DNA of 61,627 nt, filler included, from 4 parts of 4 records of this genome joined end to end with filler, not necessarily neighbours in it; one strand, 5' to 3'; positions 18,457 to 29,438 are shown, counted from the first letter of the whole stretch. The notes: generated by a model from the letters alone, not told the origin. Program-made: numbers and translations.

Positions 18457-21309
18457 TTATTGAATAATCAATTTTCTTGTGAGTATTTCATTTGAAGTTG
18501 AAATACGTAAGAAATAAATTCCTTCTTTCAACTTGCTATCAATACGTATCTCATTTTGACTATTACCATTTTGCTTCAATACCAGTTTACCAGCAGCATC
18601 ATAAACAGCTACTTCATCAATTGTATTCACAGCTTGAATATTCAATTGTCCCTCAGATGGGTTTGGATATATAACTAGTTTTTGTGCATTCACATCGTTT
18701 AAACCAATCTTTGTAAAATCAAGTACAACCGGAATTTTAAACATTTGATATGAATTTACAACTAAGGTATCATAATATACACCGGTTTCCATTCCTGTTC
18801 CATCCACATCTACAGTGATTGTGGTATTCTCATCAGCACCCAAATCTACAGGGGTGGTTGAAATATCTGTCCATGTACCTTCCATCATAGCGTTTGTGAA
18901 TGATAATGTTCCTGCTCCAATGTTTGTTAGTATGATATCCTCTGAACTTGTTGGCGCATCGCTATCTAATTCAAATAGTAAGCTATTGGCAGAGAAAGAA
19001 GCAATAGGATTTGTTCCAGGCTCTTGTGGTAATAATATCATATCAATCCATACGATATCCTGGTCGCCTCCGGCACTACCATCTCTTTCGTAGGTCCATG
19101 TCAATGTATGCTCACCTTCTGCTACATCAAAAGTTACTTCTGTCCATGGTGTTTCACCTTTCCATTTTCCTTGAGATGAACCATCAATAAAGAACTCTAA
19201 GAAATCATAGAATGTGGAGGTTCCTTCAACAGAAGTTTTCAATGCAAAAGTAATTGAACTTGCTGTTGGGAAATCAAAGGTATACTCAAGTGTGGTTGAT
19301 TGATCATGAGTAATAGCTCCTGAACGGGCTGATTGATTCAAGTGATAACCTTCCTCAGTATCAATAAACCAGTTAGCATCACCGGAAGTAGTAAATCCTT
19401 CAGGTAAAGTTGCTTCTTCGAAACTGATCACCATTACCGGAGTCAATGCAAAATCAAAGTTGTTGCTTGTTCCACTCACTGTTATGTCAGCTTTCAGCAC
19501 CGCATAATTCTCAGCTGAGATAGACACTTCATAATCTCCGGCCATGATTCCAGAAATCACATAATCGCCACTGGCATCAGTACTAACCGGAGCAATCGTT
19601 GTGTTAAGTACTTTTACTTCTGCATTCTCGATAGCATTCCCGGTTTCGGCGTCAACAACCGTTCCGCCAAAGTAAAGTGTTGGAACCATTGCTTTCGATA
19701 CGGTATTATTATCAGATGTAATGGTCTCATAATAAATAGCTCCCATGTAACCGGTTGCTGTAAAGTCAAACTTATATGTTCCTTCAGTGGCATCTGCTAC
19801 TGAGTAATTTCCTGAAGCATCTGTAGTTACAGTATAAGTATCATCTTGTCCCGTAATTACTACTTCAACACCTTCTATAGGATTAGTTGTTTCTTTATTG
19901 GTTAAAGTACCAGAAATTGTGGTTGTGCCAGGTGTGCCTCCCATCATAACATCTACAATATTGATGGTTTCATCAACCACTGCAATATTACTTACTGTTA
20001 CATCTGATTGCCCTGATGCTGAGAAGGTTAAATTCCATGTTCCTTCGTCAATCATTCTGTGGTAATTACCCATTGTGGCATCTGAGAAGATTTCGGAGTT
20101 GTCCACATCATGACCAGCAATAGAAATTTCTGCATCTACAGGATCACCATTTTCATCCCAAACAACACCACGGATCCCGTACATAGTTTCCTGAATATAT
20201 CCTAGCAAAGCATTTCTGTTCCATTCCCAATGATCAGGTAAATCTTCCACATCAAGCATTTTAGCTCCTGAAAGTTCCAGGGTAACCTCTCTACAGTTTT
20301 GAAAATATCCCATATGATCCTGACGGCTACCATCAACTACATACCAGTCACCACCGTGTGTTACACCATTGTCATATGAAGTCATATAGCTTGGATTGAT
20401 TTCGTGCACTGCATCAGCATAGTTACGTGAAACCTGATACCACCAATCGTGATCAGCATGCATATTTACGCTTGATAACCAGCTATCCCATGGGAAGTTA
20501 ACTAAAACTGCACCACTGTGGATATTAGCTGAAAGTACAAAGTTATGAGCTTCAGCAAAGTCAATCATCATTTGAATCTCAGCCTCGTTCATATAGGTAG
20601 GTGTCTCATCATTAGGTGATGGAAAGTTTCTGTTCAAATCAACACCGTTTGAGTTACTTCTTGTGGCAGAAGAAACACTGTTATCACCACCATTATATGT
20701 TCCATCCGGATTGGATAAAGGATTGATCCAAATCTCAACATTATTTACAAGGTCTGTTACAAACTGTTCTTTTTCATAATTGCTTAAAAGATGATCAGCC
20801 ACTCTAAGCATCATGATATATGAAACAATCTCATCTCCGTGCATTTGACCTGTATAGAAAAACTCAGGCTCATTCTCATCCACATCAGGATTGTCTGTAA
20901 TTTTTAATACTTTAACCGGTCTTCCCTCTTCACTGGTTCCAATGGTCTCAATTCTACAAATCTCAGGATAGTTATCTGCAAAATCCTGCATCATTTGTAA
21001 GTAAACATCATGTGTTGGATATCTGTCCCAATTAGCCATCTCAGCAACAGTAGTTGCCATTGTAAGCGACTTACCTACAGATGGATGTGGCATTACTTCA
21101 TAAGGAATACCTAATTTCTTAAACGCCTCAAGCTCCTGCGCATTTGTATAAGCAGTCACAGTATTTTTACGAAAATCGTCAATTGACATCATTTTCGAAT
21201 ATTGCTGTAATTCCGCTTTTGATTGTACTTCAAATTTGATAATTGTTTCTTGTGCAAAAAGACCAAACGTAAGGCCCATAAACGCACAAATCAGTAGTAG
21301 TTTTCTCAT
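18457..21309 (-). CDS. T9SS-secreted M14 zinc carboxypeptidase with carboxypeptidase-regulatory-like domains
   Basis: HGDE zinc motif, NPDG, DLNRNFP, NIHSGA, TLEL; CTD YPNPS...GIY..RKLII; own promoter box TACGTTTG at 21386-21393. Confidence 0.92.
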   Translation of the reverse strand: MRKLLLICAFMGLTFGLFAQETIIKFEVQSKAELQQYSKMMSIDDFRKNTVTAYTNAQELEAFKKLGIPYEVMPHPSVGKSLTMATTVAEMANWDRYPTHDVYLQMMQDFADNYPEICRIETIGTSEEGRPVKVLKITDNPDVDENEPEFFYTGQMHGDEIVSYIMMLRVADHLLSNYEKEQFVTDLVNNVEIWINPLSNPDGTYNGGDNSVSSATRSNSNGVDLNRNFPSPNDETPTYMNEAEIQMMIDFAEAHNFVLSANIHSGAVLVNFPWDSWLSSVNMHADHDWWYQVSRNYADAVHEINPSYMTSYDNGVTHGGDWYVVDGSRQDHMGYFQNCREVTLELSGAKMLDVEDLPDHWEWNRNALLGYIQETMYGIRGVVWDENGDPVDAEISIAGHDVDNSEIFSDATMGNYHRMIDEGTWNLTFSASGQSDVTVSNIAVVDETINIVDVMMGGTPGTTTISGTLTNKETTNPIEGVEVVITGQDDTYTVTTDASGNYSVADATEGTYKFDFTATGYMGAIYYETITSDNNTVSKAMVPTLYFGGTVVDAETGNAIENAEVKVLNTTIAPVSTDASGDYVISGIMAGDYEVSISAENYAVLKADITVSGTSNNFDFALTPVMVISFEEATLPEGFTTSGDANWFIDTEEGYHLNQSARSGAITHDQSTTLEYTFDFPTASSITFALKTSVEGTSTFYDFLEFFIDGSSQGKWKGETPWTEVTFDVAEGEHTLTWTYERDGSAGGDQDIVWIDMILLPQEPGTNPIASFSANSLLFELDSDAPTSSEDIILTNIGAGTLSFTNAMMEGTWTDISTTPVDLGADENTTITVDVDGTGMETGVYYDTLVVNSYQMFKIPVVLDFTKIGLNDVNAQKLVIYPNPSEGQLNIQAVNTIDEVAVYDAAGKLVLKQNGNSQNEIRIDSKLKEGIYFLRISTSNEILTRKLIIQ

Positions 21310-21434
21310 AATAGTGTTTTTAAAAAATAGCGTTCATCCGGCTAAATAGTATACGGAATAAAAACTTCTTAGTTTAGGTTGAACGCAAACGTAGTAAAAA
21401 GTTTTGATTATTAGTTTTGTATTTCAGTTTTCGT

Positions 21435-24400
21435 CTATTCAATAATTATTTTTCTGTTCATTTGCTCACCTTCAATTGATGTCACAGAAACAAAGTAAAC
21501 ACCTGATTTCAGCTGGCTGATATCAATTGTATAAACCTGACCTTCAACTTGATTTACACTTTCAATCAGCGCTACCTGTCCAATGGAATTATAAATAATA
21601 ACATTTTTGATTCCCTGATGTTTTTCTATTTCAATATTGATGGCTGTACTTGCAGGTTGTGGATAAATTTTTAATGCTGAGTTATTTGAATGCTCGTTAA
21701 TTCCCAATCCGTCGATATCTAAAATTAATCGCTGACTGGCAAACTCATATCCATCGGTTACGCCCACAATTACTTCAGGAGCCAATTGCATTCCCATTGG
21801 AATATTTCCTGATAATAACCATTCACCCTCTGCCTGCTCAGACATTTGAATCCATTCTGGTGCCATAATCATTTGAGCTTCCAAAGGATCGCTGTCATCA
21901 TCAGATGCTGTAATAGTATGTGAAAATGCCTGGCCTGTGGCACATGCAATCATGTTAGATGATGTAATCTCAGGTGCGTTATTGTCTGCTGGTGGCTCAT
22001 ATCCTGGAATTGGTAACACAATGTTATCCAAATAAATACAGTCATCGCCTTCTGAAACTGAACCATCTTTGATGTAGTTCCATTTAAACGTATGGTTACC
22101 GGCTGTAACAGGAAATGAAGCTTCTTCCCATTCTGCAACGCCATCCCAGGTTCCCATCGAATTTCCATCAATTGAAAACTCCAGATAATCCCATAATGTG
22201 GAATAGGAATCTTCACAAGATACCTTAAACATAAATGAAATATTATCATCTGCAGGTACATTCAATGTAATGGAAAGTTCCGAGTTTTGATCATCATCAA
22301 TGTCTGCTGACATAGCTGAATAAGTTCCTTCATAAACCTGGCTACCCTGAATACTCCATGGGAAAGTGGCATCATTTACCCACTCATATTTCGTAAAATC
22401 TCCAGTTTCAAAATCTTCCAATGCAAGACCTAAAATCAATTGAAATTCTTTCTCAGGAATATCATATGCATCATATTTTCCGGCTAAAGTAAACGATACG
22501 GCCTGGTTACTTAAAGCTTCAGGCATTGTTTCAATGGCAAATGTTAAAGTATACTCATTTTCATCATTTGGAGCATAATAAACTGTATCATTCAACAGAC
22601 TAATGTTGCTTGTCATTGTCTCGAAAAAGCCTTTTATCATTTGTGGATTGATACTACCACTATTGGAAAGATTGGCTTCTACGCACAATACTTCGCCAAT
22701 TTCAAATATACCGTTATTGTTTCCGCCCATCTCATCATTAATGGAAATAAGCTCCCAACCAATCTGAGGTGCCTGAACTAGCAATTTTCTTTGCATGCTG
22801 TGATGTAATTCACCTTCTACATAGAAATCAAAATTGATCACTATTTCACACTGATCCGGAGCCACATCACTTATGATTAACTCAAAAGAATTGTCAATTA
22901 AATCACTCTGCATTCCTTCAATGGCATTTATTGTAAGCTCATCAGCGTTAAGCGTGACATATTCACAATTGGTGCTAACCTCTACAGTATTGACAGTTGA
23001 AGTATTTTCACCCACATTCTCTATAAGTAATCCTACATTGTATGTATTGCCATAAATAGGCTGATCATGCGATCCCAATGCTACCTCAGATACTACTAAA
23101 TATCCTTGCTGAGGACGGACTAATGTTTCCAAAATAGTGTCTTTCACCACATTATATCCACTATAAATAATTTCAACCTGACCCACAGTAGTAAAAGGTT
23201 GAGTCAATTGGATTTCAGCCAATCCATTTTCATTTGTAACAGCGGATCCGTAAACAATACCATCTTTTGCAAGTGAAATATACATGTTGGCTTCAGGATT
23301 GCTTTCAAACTCGGCCTCAACAGTTACTTGCGAACTACCAATTAAAATTCCATCTGGAATAGTAACATCAACTGTTCTTAATTCATCTGTCCATACAGGT
23401 AATGTTGGATCTCCCATGGCATTGCAATCATAAAATACCCAACGTATGGCACCCGGTTCATGCTGTCCTGGAGCTTCTACCCAACCTGATGATTCAATTT
23501 TTGAAATCAAATGTGCTTCGGCTAAAAAGTTCGCTTTATCGTTATAAAGTGCATCAACAAATTCGCGATGTAAATGCTGGCTAGGACCTTCTGTTTGGCC
23601 TTCATTAAACCAGCCGTAGCGACTATTACCCACAAAGGCTGAAGCGAACCTATCCAACTGCAACATTTCTTCAGCAATACAATCGCTATCGTCAAAAGCT
23701 CCACAAATACAACCATGTGTATAAATAATGGGGAAGTTATGCGTTACACCGTCCACTTGCGAGAAGTTAGAGGTAGTAATATCGCTATTGTATAAACGCA
23801 TGGCGTAGTTGCTATTGCTATGCCCTACGTGGTGAATAAATGGGTGTCCACTATTTATTTCAGCAATAATTTGTGTAGAAGTCCAGTCGCTGTTTCTATC
23901 ATATAAAGTATCATAAGGATGATCATCAGGAATTCCAGTGGTTGTATATCCGTTATCATCGTGCGTTCCGTGAATTAAATCAAGGTATTGTGCACCCCAT
24001 GTTAATGGTGCATCATATAAATGCTCTCCGGCCAACAATGGATTATTCAACTCTCCCTCTACAGGATGATTGGTATAACTCAATGTTTTAACCAGCATAT
24101 TTTGTAAATCCTCATGTGTAGTGAAAGGCATACGAGATAATGCTACTTCAGGTAATAAATCATCCTCATCGGGCTCACCCCATAGGTTGTCACCATCTGT
24201 ATTCCAGTTACCATCTAAAGCCTGGTAATATAAATCTGCCGGAATATTATCATCTGTCATCACACTACTTGATTGCACTTCGCAGTAAAACCCACGGTGT
24301 GGAATATGCTCCACATCACCACCCAACAGTACATAGCGCACATCATTGTTTTGATAATAATCGATAATTGTATTTCTGATTTTATCCTGTAAATCTGCAC

Positions 24401-25160
24401 CCTCCGCCTCAGACTGAATACTTTCGACAGAAACCACATCAACACTTAAAGCTCTTTTGTGATAATCAGCCACAAGCGGTTCAAAATCTGCTATAAACTC
24501 CTCAGGCGTGATGATTAACGCATCCACAATCGGATTTTTCTTTTCCGGTATTACGTAAGCTTTTAATTCCTCAGGATTGTCACACAAATCGGTCACAACC
24601 TGCTTTACTGCATCTCTTTGTGAAAGCATTGCTGTGGCAGTTTTACCATTTATTTTGTAATGGATTTGAATCGATACCGATTGAGCAAGCTCTACTGTTT
24701 TTGTAATTGGATAATACTGAACAGGAGAAAACTTAACCTGGGCAATATCATACCCGTTCAATCGCTCCTGTTGAAAAGTAATGCTGTTTTCATACGACAA
24801 TGCAATTACTTTCTGATAGACCTCACTGTTTTTGATAAAAGCTGATGGTCCTTCATAAGAGAGTGGACGCACATGCTGCATTGGCATAAGCTCAGCATTA
24901 ATATGGAAATGAACCACCTCAGTTGGTTCGATCACAACACTTGTCAACTCAGCTCCAGGAGGAAGCAACAAGTTTGTTAAAAAAAATGGCTGCATCGGAT
25001 TTCCCGGGGCAGCCATATTTTTTGTATTATTTATTTTGATCAATTCATAATCATCAACTTGTTGAATTGAATAATGATCGAAATGAAAAGTTTTAGAAAT
25101 TTTTTGTCCAGAGACAGCTATCGCTGAGATAATCAGCAATACAAATAATAACTTCTTCAT
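21435..25160 (-). CDS. T9SS-secreted C25 (gingipain-like) cysteine peptidase
   Basis: Propeptide, YVLLGGD, ADLYY..LDG.W, catalytic HVGH and THGC, GDP; CTD YPQPA...SGVYFV..KIII. Confidence 0.92.
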   Translation of the reverse strand: MKKLLFVLLIISAIAVSGQKISKTFHFDHYSIQQVDDYELIKINNTKNMAAPGNPMQPFFLTNLLLPPGAELTSVVIEPTEVVHFHINAELMPMQHVRPLSYEGPSAFIKNSEVYQKVIALSYENSITFQQERLNGYDIAQVKFSPVQYYPITKTVELAQSVSIQIHYKINGKTATAMLSQRDAVKQVVTDLCDNPEELKAYVIPEKKNPIVDALIITPEEFIADFEPLVADYHKRALSVDVVSVESIQSEAEGADLQDKIRNTIIDYYQNNDVRYVLLGGDVEHIPHRGFYCEVQSSSVMTDDNIPADLYYQALDGNWNTDGDNLWGEPDEDDLLPEVALSRMPFTTHEDLQNMLVKTLSYTNHPVEGELNNPLLAGEHLYDAPLTWGAQYLDLIHGTHDDNGYTTTGIPDDHPYDTLYDRNSDWTSTQIIAEINSGHPFIHHVGHSNSNYAMRLYNSDITTSNFSQVDGVTHNFPIIYTHGCICGAFDDSDCIAEEMLQLDRFASAFVGNSRYGWFNEGQTEGPSQHLHREFVDALYNDKANFLAEAHLISKIESSGWVEAPGQHEPGAIRWVFYDCNAMGDPTLPVWTDELRTVDVTIPDGILIGSSQVTVEAEFESNPEANMYISLAKDGIVYGSAVTNENGLAEIQLTQPFTTVGQVEIIYSGYNVVKDTILETLVRPQQGYLVVSEVALGSHDQPIYGNTYNVGLLIENVGENTSTVNTVEVSTNCEYVTLNADELTINAIEGMQSDLIDNSFELIISDVAPDQCEIVINFDFYVEGELHHSMQRKLLVQAPQIGWELISINDEMGGNNNGIFEIGEVLCVEANLSNSGSINPQMIKGFFETMTSNISLLNDTVYYAPNDENEYTLTFAIETMPEALSNQAVSFTLAGKYDAYDIPEKEFQLILGLALEDFETGDFTKYEWVNDATFPWSIQGSQVYEGTYSAMSADIDDDQNSELSITLNVPADDNISFMFKVSCEDSYSTLWDYLEFSIDGNSMGTWDGVAEWEEASFPVTAGNHTFKWNYIKDGSVSEGDDCIYLDNIVLPIPGYEPPADNNAPEITSSNMIACATGQAFSHTITASDDDSDPLEAQMIMAPEWIQMSEQAEGEWLLSGNIPMGMQLAPEVIVGVTDGYEFASQRLILDIDGLGINEHSNNSALKIYPQPASTAINIEIEKHQGIKNVIIYNSIGQVALIESVNQVEGQVYTIDISQLKSGVYFVSVTSIEGEQMNRKIIIE

Positions 25161-25213
25161 AGCAAATGATTTTGAGTAACTTAGAATGCATAAAAGTACT
25201 CAAAATAATTTCT

Positions 25214-26188
25214 CTACAAAGCGTTTATTAATTTTTTAACTTCCAGAATTTCTTCAACTGACAGTCTTCCACCAATTTTTTCAATCACCTTACCCGCCAT
25301 TATAGCACCAGCCTTGCCGGCTTTTTCCATCGACCAGTTTTTCACTAAACCATACAGAAAACCTGAGGCAAATAAATCTCCGGCTCCGGTAGTATCGATG
25401 GCTTTTGCCTCTGTAGCATTCACTTGCGTTGTTTCGCCATTAGTTTTAATGTATGCCCCTTTCTTACCTACTTTCACTACCGCAATTTTAGCATGCTCAG
25501 CAATATGATTCAGGGCATCAACCGGCTCTTTTCCGGTAAATGACTTGGCCTCTTCCTCGTTGGCAAATACTATATCCACATACTCCTTCACAATCTTCCA
25601 TAGGAAATCATAATTTGCTTCAACCACATTAAAACTGGCCAGATCAACAGAGACCAGTGCTCCAGCATCTTTCGCCAGCTGCATAGCTTTTTCTAGGAGT
25701 GCATGGTTTTGAACCAGATATCCTTCAATATGGAAAATGCTATACCCCTCAAACATTTCTGGTTTTAAGTCCTCAGGGCTCAACTCAACAGCTGCACCCA
25801 GATGCGTGGCAAAAGTTCGCTCACTATCAGGCGTAATCATTGCAATAGCCTTTCCTGTGGCATTCTTACTTTTAATAAAAATTGATTGAATCCCTGCATT
25901 TTTCAGATCTTCGTGGTAAAAAACTCCCAGCTCATCTTCACCCACCTTACCAATAAAACCGGTTTCACCGCCCAACGCAGCAATACCATGAATGGTGTTT
26001 CCGGCAGAGCCACCACTGAGTTGCTGGACAGGTAAATTATTGATTTTAAGCATTACCGCATCACTTTGTGCAATATCAACCAGTTGCATACTCCCTTTGG
26101 GGAAATTAATCTCGTTCAATAAGTCATCATTTGGAATTTGCACAAGCATATCCACAAGAGCATTGCCCATACCAAGCACTTTCTTCAT
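25214..26188 (-). CDS. PfkB-family carbohydrate/adenosine kinase
   Basis: GNALVD, GGSAGNT, ERTFATHLGAA, FANEEEA, DTTGAGDLFASGF. Confidence 0.92.
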   Translation of the reverse strand: MKKVLGMGNALVDMLVQIPNDDLLNEINFPKGSMQLVDIAQSDAVMLKINNLPVQQLSGGSAGNTIHGIAALGGETGFIGKVGEDELGVFYHEDLKNAGIQSIFIKSKNATGKAIAMITPDSERTFATHLGAAVELSPEDLKPEMFEGYSIFHIEGYLVQNHALLEKAMQLAKDAGALVSVDLASFNVVEANYDFLWKIVKEYVDIVFANEEEAKSFTGKEPVDALNHIAEHAKIAVVKVGKKGAYIKTNGETTQVNATEAKAIDTTGAGDLFASGFLYGLVKNWSMEKAGKAGAIMAGKVIEKIGGRLSVEEILEVKKLINAL

Positions 26189-26394
26189 CTGTTTAAATCT
26201 TTGAGTTACTAAATTGACACTATATCTGAAAAATATGTTTCAAGAAAGGTCATGCAAAATTGCCTTTTTTTAGTCTGAAAAACAAATTACGTTGTAGCAT
26301 ATTTCATAACATATTTGTTTTGAAGCTTATTCCGCGGTAGCTAGGAAGTTCAATAAAATTTTTATAAAAAAACACTCATTTTTTGCAAAAAAAT

Positions 26395-26425
26395 TTTGCA
26401 GTTTCCAAAAGAGAGTGTACTTTTG
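26395..26425 (+). promoter_or_regulatory. Bacteroidota primary-sigma promoter of the tRNA gene
   Basis: TTTG (26395-26398), 19-nt spacer, TACTTTTG (26418-26425). Confidence 0.8.
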
Positions 26426-26458
26426 CCACGCGTTTGAAATAAAACGACGATCTCAAAT

Positions 26459-26532
26459 TCCTCCTTAGCTCAGTTGGTTAGAGCACATGACTGTTAATCA
26501 TGGGGTCCAAGGTTCAAGTCCTTGAGGGGGAG
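26459..26532 (+). tRNA. tRNA-Asn (GTT); CCA not encoded
   Basis: Acceptor stem TCCTCCT/AGGGGGA, D-arm AGCTCAGTTGGTTAGAGC, anticodon arm CATGA-CTGTTAA-TCATG, T-arm CAAGG-TTCAAGT-CCTTG. Confidence 0.97.
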
Positions 26533-26533
26533 C

Positions 26534-26567
26534 AAAAAGCACTAGCGGTAACGTTGGTGCTTTTTTT
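26534..26567 (+). terminator. Rho-independent terminator after the tRNA
   Basis: AGCACTAGCG-gtaa-CGTTGGTGCT stem with T7 tail. Confidence 0.85.
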
Positions 26568-26592
26568 ATGCCCATTTATTTGCTAACCGTCA

Positions 26593-26640
26593 CGAGGAGT
26601 TTAATCGCTTCCACTAAAGCTACAGCGATTGAACTCCTCG
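26593..26640. repeat. 17-bp stem-loop, REP-like
   Basis: CGAGGAGTTTAATCGCT / AGCGATTGAACTCCTCG (one G-T pair), 14-nt loop. Confidence 0.6.
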
Positions 26641-26914
26641 CCATGATACTTCAACATTTAGGCTCCGCTCAATAAACACTTAGCCCTACGCAACGCATTT
26701 TCAAAGAATCTAATTTTTTTGGAACTTGAATAACTGGAATTTGTTTATATATCACACAGTAATTGTCACTATCAAGACCCTTTTAATTTGTCTACACAAA
26801 AATAAATTTCACTTCTGATGTCACATTTTAAAAATTCATTCGTCATTAAAACAGAGTTGGTAAAAAATAACCCATTTTACTGATTCCGTAATTAATCCTT
26901 AAAATCTAAAACCC

Positions 26915-29299
26915 ATGAAACCAAAAGTTACACTATTATTGGTCGTGCTATTCGTATGCACTTTTTTTACATCCCATGCAGCCGAGGAAGAACTTAAACT
27001 TGGCGCTATCAAAGGCGAAATTGTAGAACAAAAAACCAAACATCCCATTCCCTTTGCCAGTATTGCACTCATTCAACCCGAAACAAAAGAGATTGTAGCA
27101 GGTGTTATTTCCGATACGCTGGGCCATTTTAATCTAAAAAAGGTTCCTTTTGGGGAATATCAGCTTATCATATCTTACCTTGGATATAAAAAGAAAGCAG
27201 TTGTGGTTGAAGTTGGTAAAAAAACCAATCCACTGGAAGTGGGAACCATTATACTTGAACCCCGGGCAGAACAGCTTGCCGAAGTGACAATAGAAGAAGA
27301 ACGGTTGAAAGGTAAACAAGAGGTGGACAAAACCGTGTACACCATTAACGATAAAATTCAAAAAATGTCTACCGATGGCATGGATGTACTCAAATATATT
27401 CCGGGCGTATCCGTTGATTTTCAGGACAATGTAACCCTAGAAGGAACCGGAAACATTTTATACCGTGTAAATGGTGTGACCCGAGATAAAGATTTCGTAG
27501 CTCAATTGCACCCGGCAGATATCAACAAAATTGAAGTAGTTACCAATCCCGGTGTAGAATACGATGCCGATGTGGATGCTGTGATCAATATTGTTTTAAA
27601 AGAACGCACGCGCGGTGGACGTGGAAGCATTACAGGAGAATCGCCAAGCCCTGATGGGTATGTAATGAACCAAAGGCTAAGCCTGGAGTATGGTAATAAT
27701 AAGTTTCGTGTATTTGCTTCAAACCGCACGCATTTGGAAAGTTTTGATGCTACACAAACAACCGAAACACGGATAAATGATGGCACGGATCTAACAACCT
27801 TGTTTCAGGAAGGAAATGGCAATGCTCGATGGACCAACAGCAGCACCAACTATGGTATTGATCTGTTTTTAAACAAACAAAACACCATAAACCTTTACGG
27901 TAGCTATTATTACCATGCCAGTAGTCAAAATGACTATCTTCAGCATGGCATACAACAATTAAATGGCGCACTAACCAGCGAATATGATGTTGACTTAAAT
28001 GAAAAATCAGCTGGTCATGGTTTTTACAATTCGCTTTTCTACAAACATGATTTTGCCCAAAAAGGTCAATCCATTACCAGTCAGTTTAACTATTACAACT
28101 ACGCTTCTGGTAGTCAAAATGATTATAGGTATAATTACTCCTACCTTAATGGTGAATTAACCAACCCTCTTATAATTAATCGCATAGAAGATATTGATAA
28201 TAGTAGAAACATGCTGGAGTGGAAAAATGATTATTCACAAGTACTGGGTAAAACTAGATTAAAAGCTGGTTACTGGAGTTATTTTCAATGGTATAATAAT
28301 ACGTATGAAGTAGATCAAAATATGAACGATGACTTTAAATTTAACGAATTTCGTCAGGAAGGATATGTGAGCGCATCCGGAGCATTGGGAAAATTCAATT
28401 ACAGTGGTGGTTTACGCTTGGCTTATTCTAAAAGTGAAATAGATTCAACGGCCACAAATGAATACCTGGAATGGCTACCTCAACTGAGTTTACAATATAA
28501 ATTTTCAAAAAAACAATCACTAAAATTAAGTGTAAGAAGACGTTTATCCAGACCACGTATGTCACAACTAAACCCTTTTGAAACCATGGCTGATAGCTTA
28601 ACCATTAATAGAGGAAATTCTAATTTGAATCCACAAGCCATCAATAGAGCTGAGTTACAATATGGTATCAATATCAAATCAAACTATATTGCACCTAAAG
28701 TATTTATTGATTATTCAACCAATAGCATTCAGCAAAACTCTTTCATCAACGAAGATGGAATCTCTATTGTGGAGCCAGACAATGTAGGCCAAAGGTATGA
28801 GTACGGTGCTTCCCTTACTGCAGCTTTAGGGCCTGTACGCTGGTTGAAAATAAAAACTAATGCCAGACTTTACAACACTGTTGTGAAAGGACCAAACGAC
28901 TATTCAGATGAAATGATGAGCTGGGGAGTGAATGGCTCATTGATTTTATCGCCCTGGAAGAAAAAAGAAATCGGATTTATGGCCCAGGTACAATACAATG
29001 CCCCACGATTGGAATACAAAGAAGAAGTTACACGTGATTTACTTTTTATTATTGGTGCCGAAGCAAAACTATACAAAGGCCTGAAAGGATCATTTTTTAT
29101 GATACCGGTTGATGGTACCTTCAAATACGCTGGCGTTGAAAGAACAGATGATAACTATTATTACAAAAATGTAGGTGAAGTAAATGTATCATACTTCTTT
29201 GCCTTCTCTCTCACCTATAAATTCAATTGGGGAAAAGAACCTAAACAACTTAAACGCTCGACTGATTTCGAACGCGATGGTGGTGGTGGTACGCTTTAG
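26915..29299 (+). CDS. TonB-dependent receptor-like outer-membrane beta-barrel protein with N-terminal carboxypeptidase-regulatory-like domain
   Basis: Signal peptide; ISYLGY; plug D.LKYIPGV.VD and I.KIEVVTNP...YDA; RP....LNPF...GN.NL.P; C-terminal SLTYKF. Confidence 0.85.
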   Translation: MKPKVTLLLVVLFVCTFFTSHAAEEELKLGAIKGEIVEQKTKHPIPFASIALIQPETKEIVAGVISDTLGHFNLKKVPFGEYQLIISYLGYKKKAVVVEVGKKTNPLEVGTIILEPRAEQLAEVTIEEERLKGKQEVDKTVYTINDKIQKMSTDGMDVLKYIPGVSVDFQDNVTLEGTGNILYRVNGVTRDKDFVAQLHPADINKIEVVTNPGVEYDADVDAVINIVLKERTRGGRGSITGESPSPDGYVMNQRLSLEYGNNKFRVFASNRTHLESFDATQTTETRINDGTDLTTLFQEGNGNARWTNSSTNYGIDLFLNKQNTINLYGSYYYHASSQNDYLQHGIQQLNGALTSEYDVDLNEKSAGHGFYNSLFYKHDFAQKGQSITSQFNYYNYASGSQNDYRYNYSYLNGELTNPLIINRIEDIDNSRNMLEWKNDYSQVLGKTRLKAGYWSYFQWYNNTYEVDQNMNDDFKFNEFRQEGYVSASGALGKFNYSGGLRLAYSKSEIDSTATNEYLEWLPQLSLQYKFSKKQSLKLSVRRRLSRPRMSQLNPFETMADSLTINRGNSNLNPQAINRAELQYGINIKSNYIAPKVFIDYSTNSIQQNSFINEDGISIVEPDNVGQRYEYGASLTAALGPVRWLKIKTNARLYNTVVKGPNDYSDEMMSWGVNGSLILSPWKKKEIGFMAQVQYNAPRLEYKEEVTRDLLFIIGAEAKLYKGLKGSFFMIPVDGTFKYAGVERTDDNYYYKNVGEVNVSYFFAFSLTYKFNWGKEPKQLKRSTDFERDGGGGTL

Positions 29300-29381
29300 T
29301 TTCAAGCTACAAGTTTCAGGTTTCAAGTTTCAGGTTGCTGAACTTGAAACCTGAAACCTGAAACTTAAACAATTGAAACTT
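29298..29381. repeat. Inverted cluster of 7-bp repeats (GTTTCAR / YTGAAAC)
   Basis: gtttcag-gtttcaa-gtttcag ... ttgaaac-ctgaaac-ctgaaac. Confidence 0.85.
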
Positions 29382-29438
29382 TTAAAAAATCCTCTATTTT
29401 TACATATCAATTTGATAACCGAAAATAGAAATTGACAT

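Noticed and set aside
26459-26914. tRNA-Asn as an island integration site
   Set aside because: No integrase and no duplicated tRNA 3' end in contig A.
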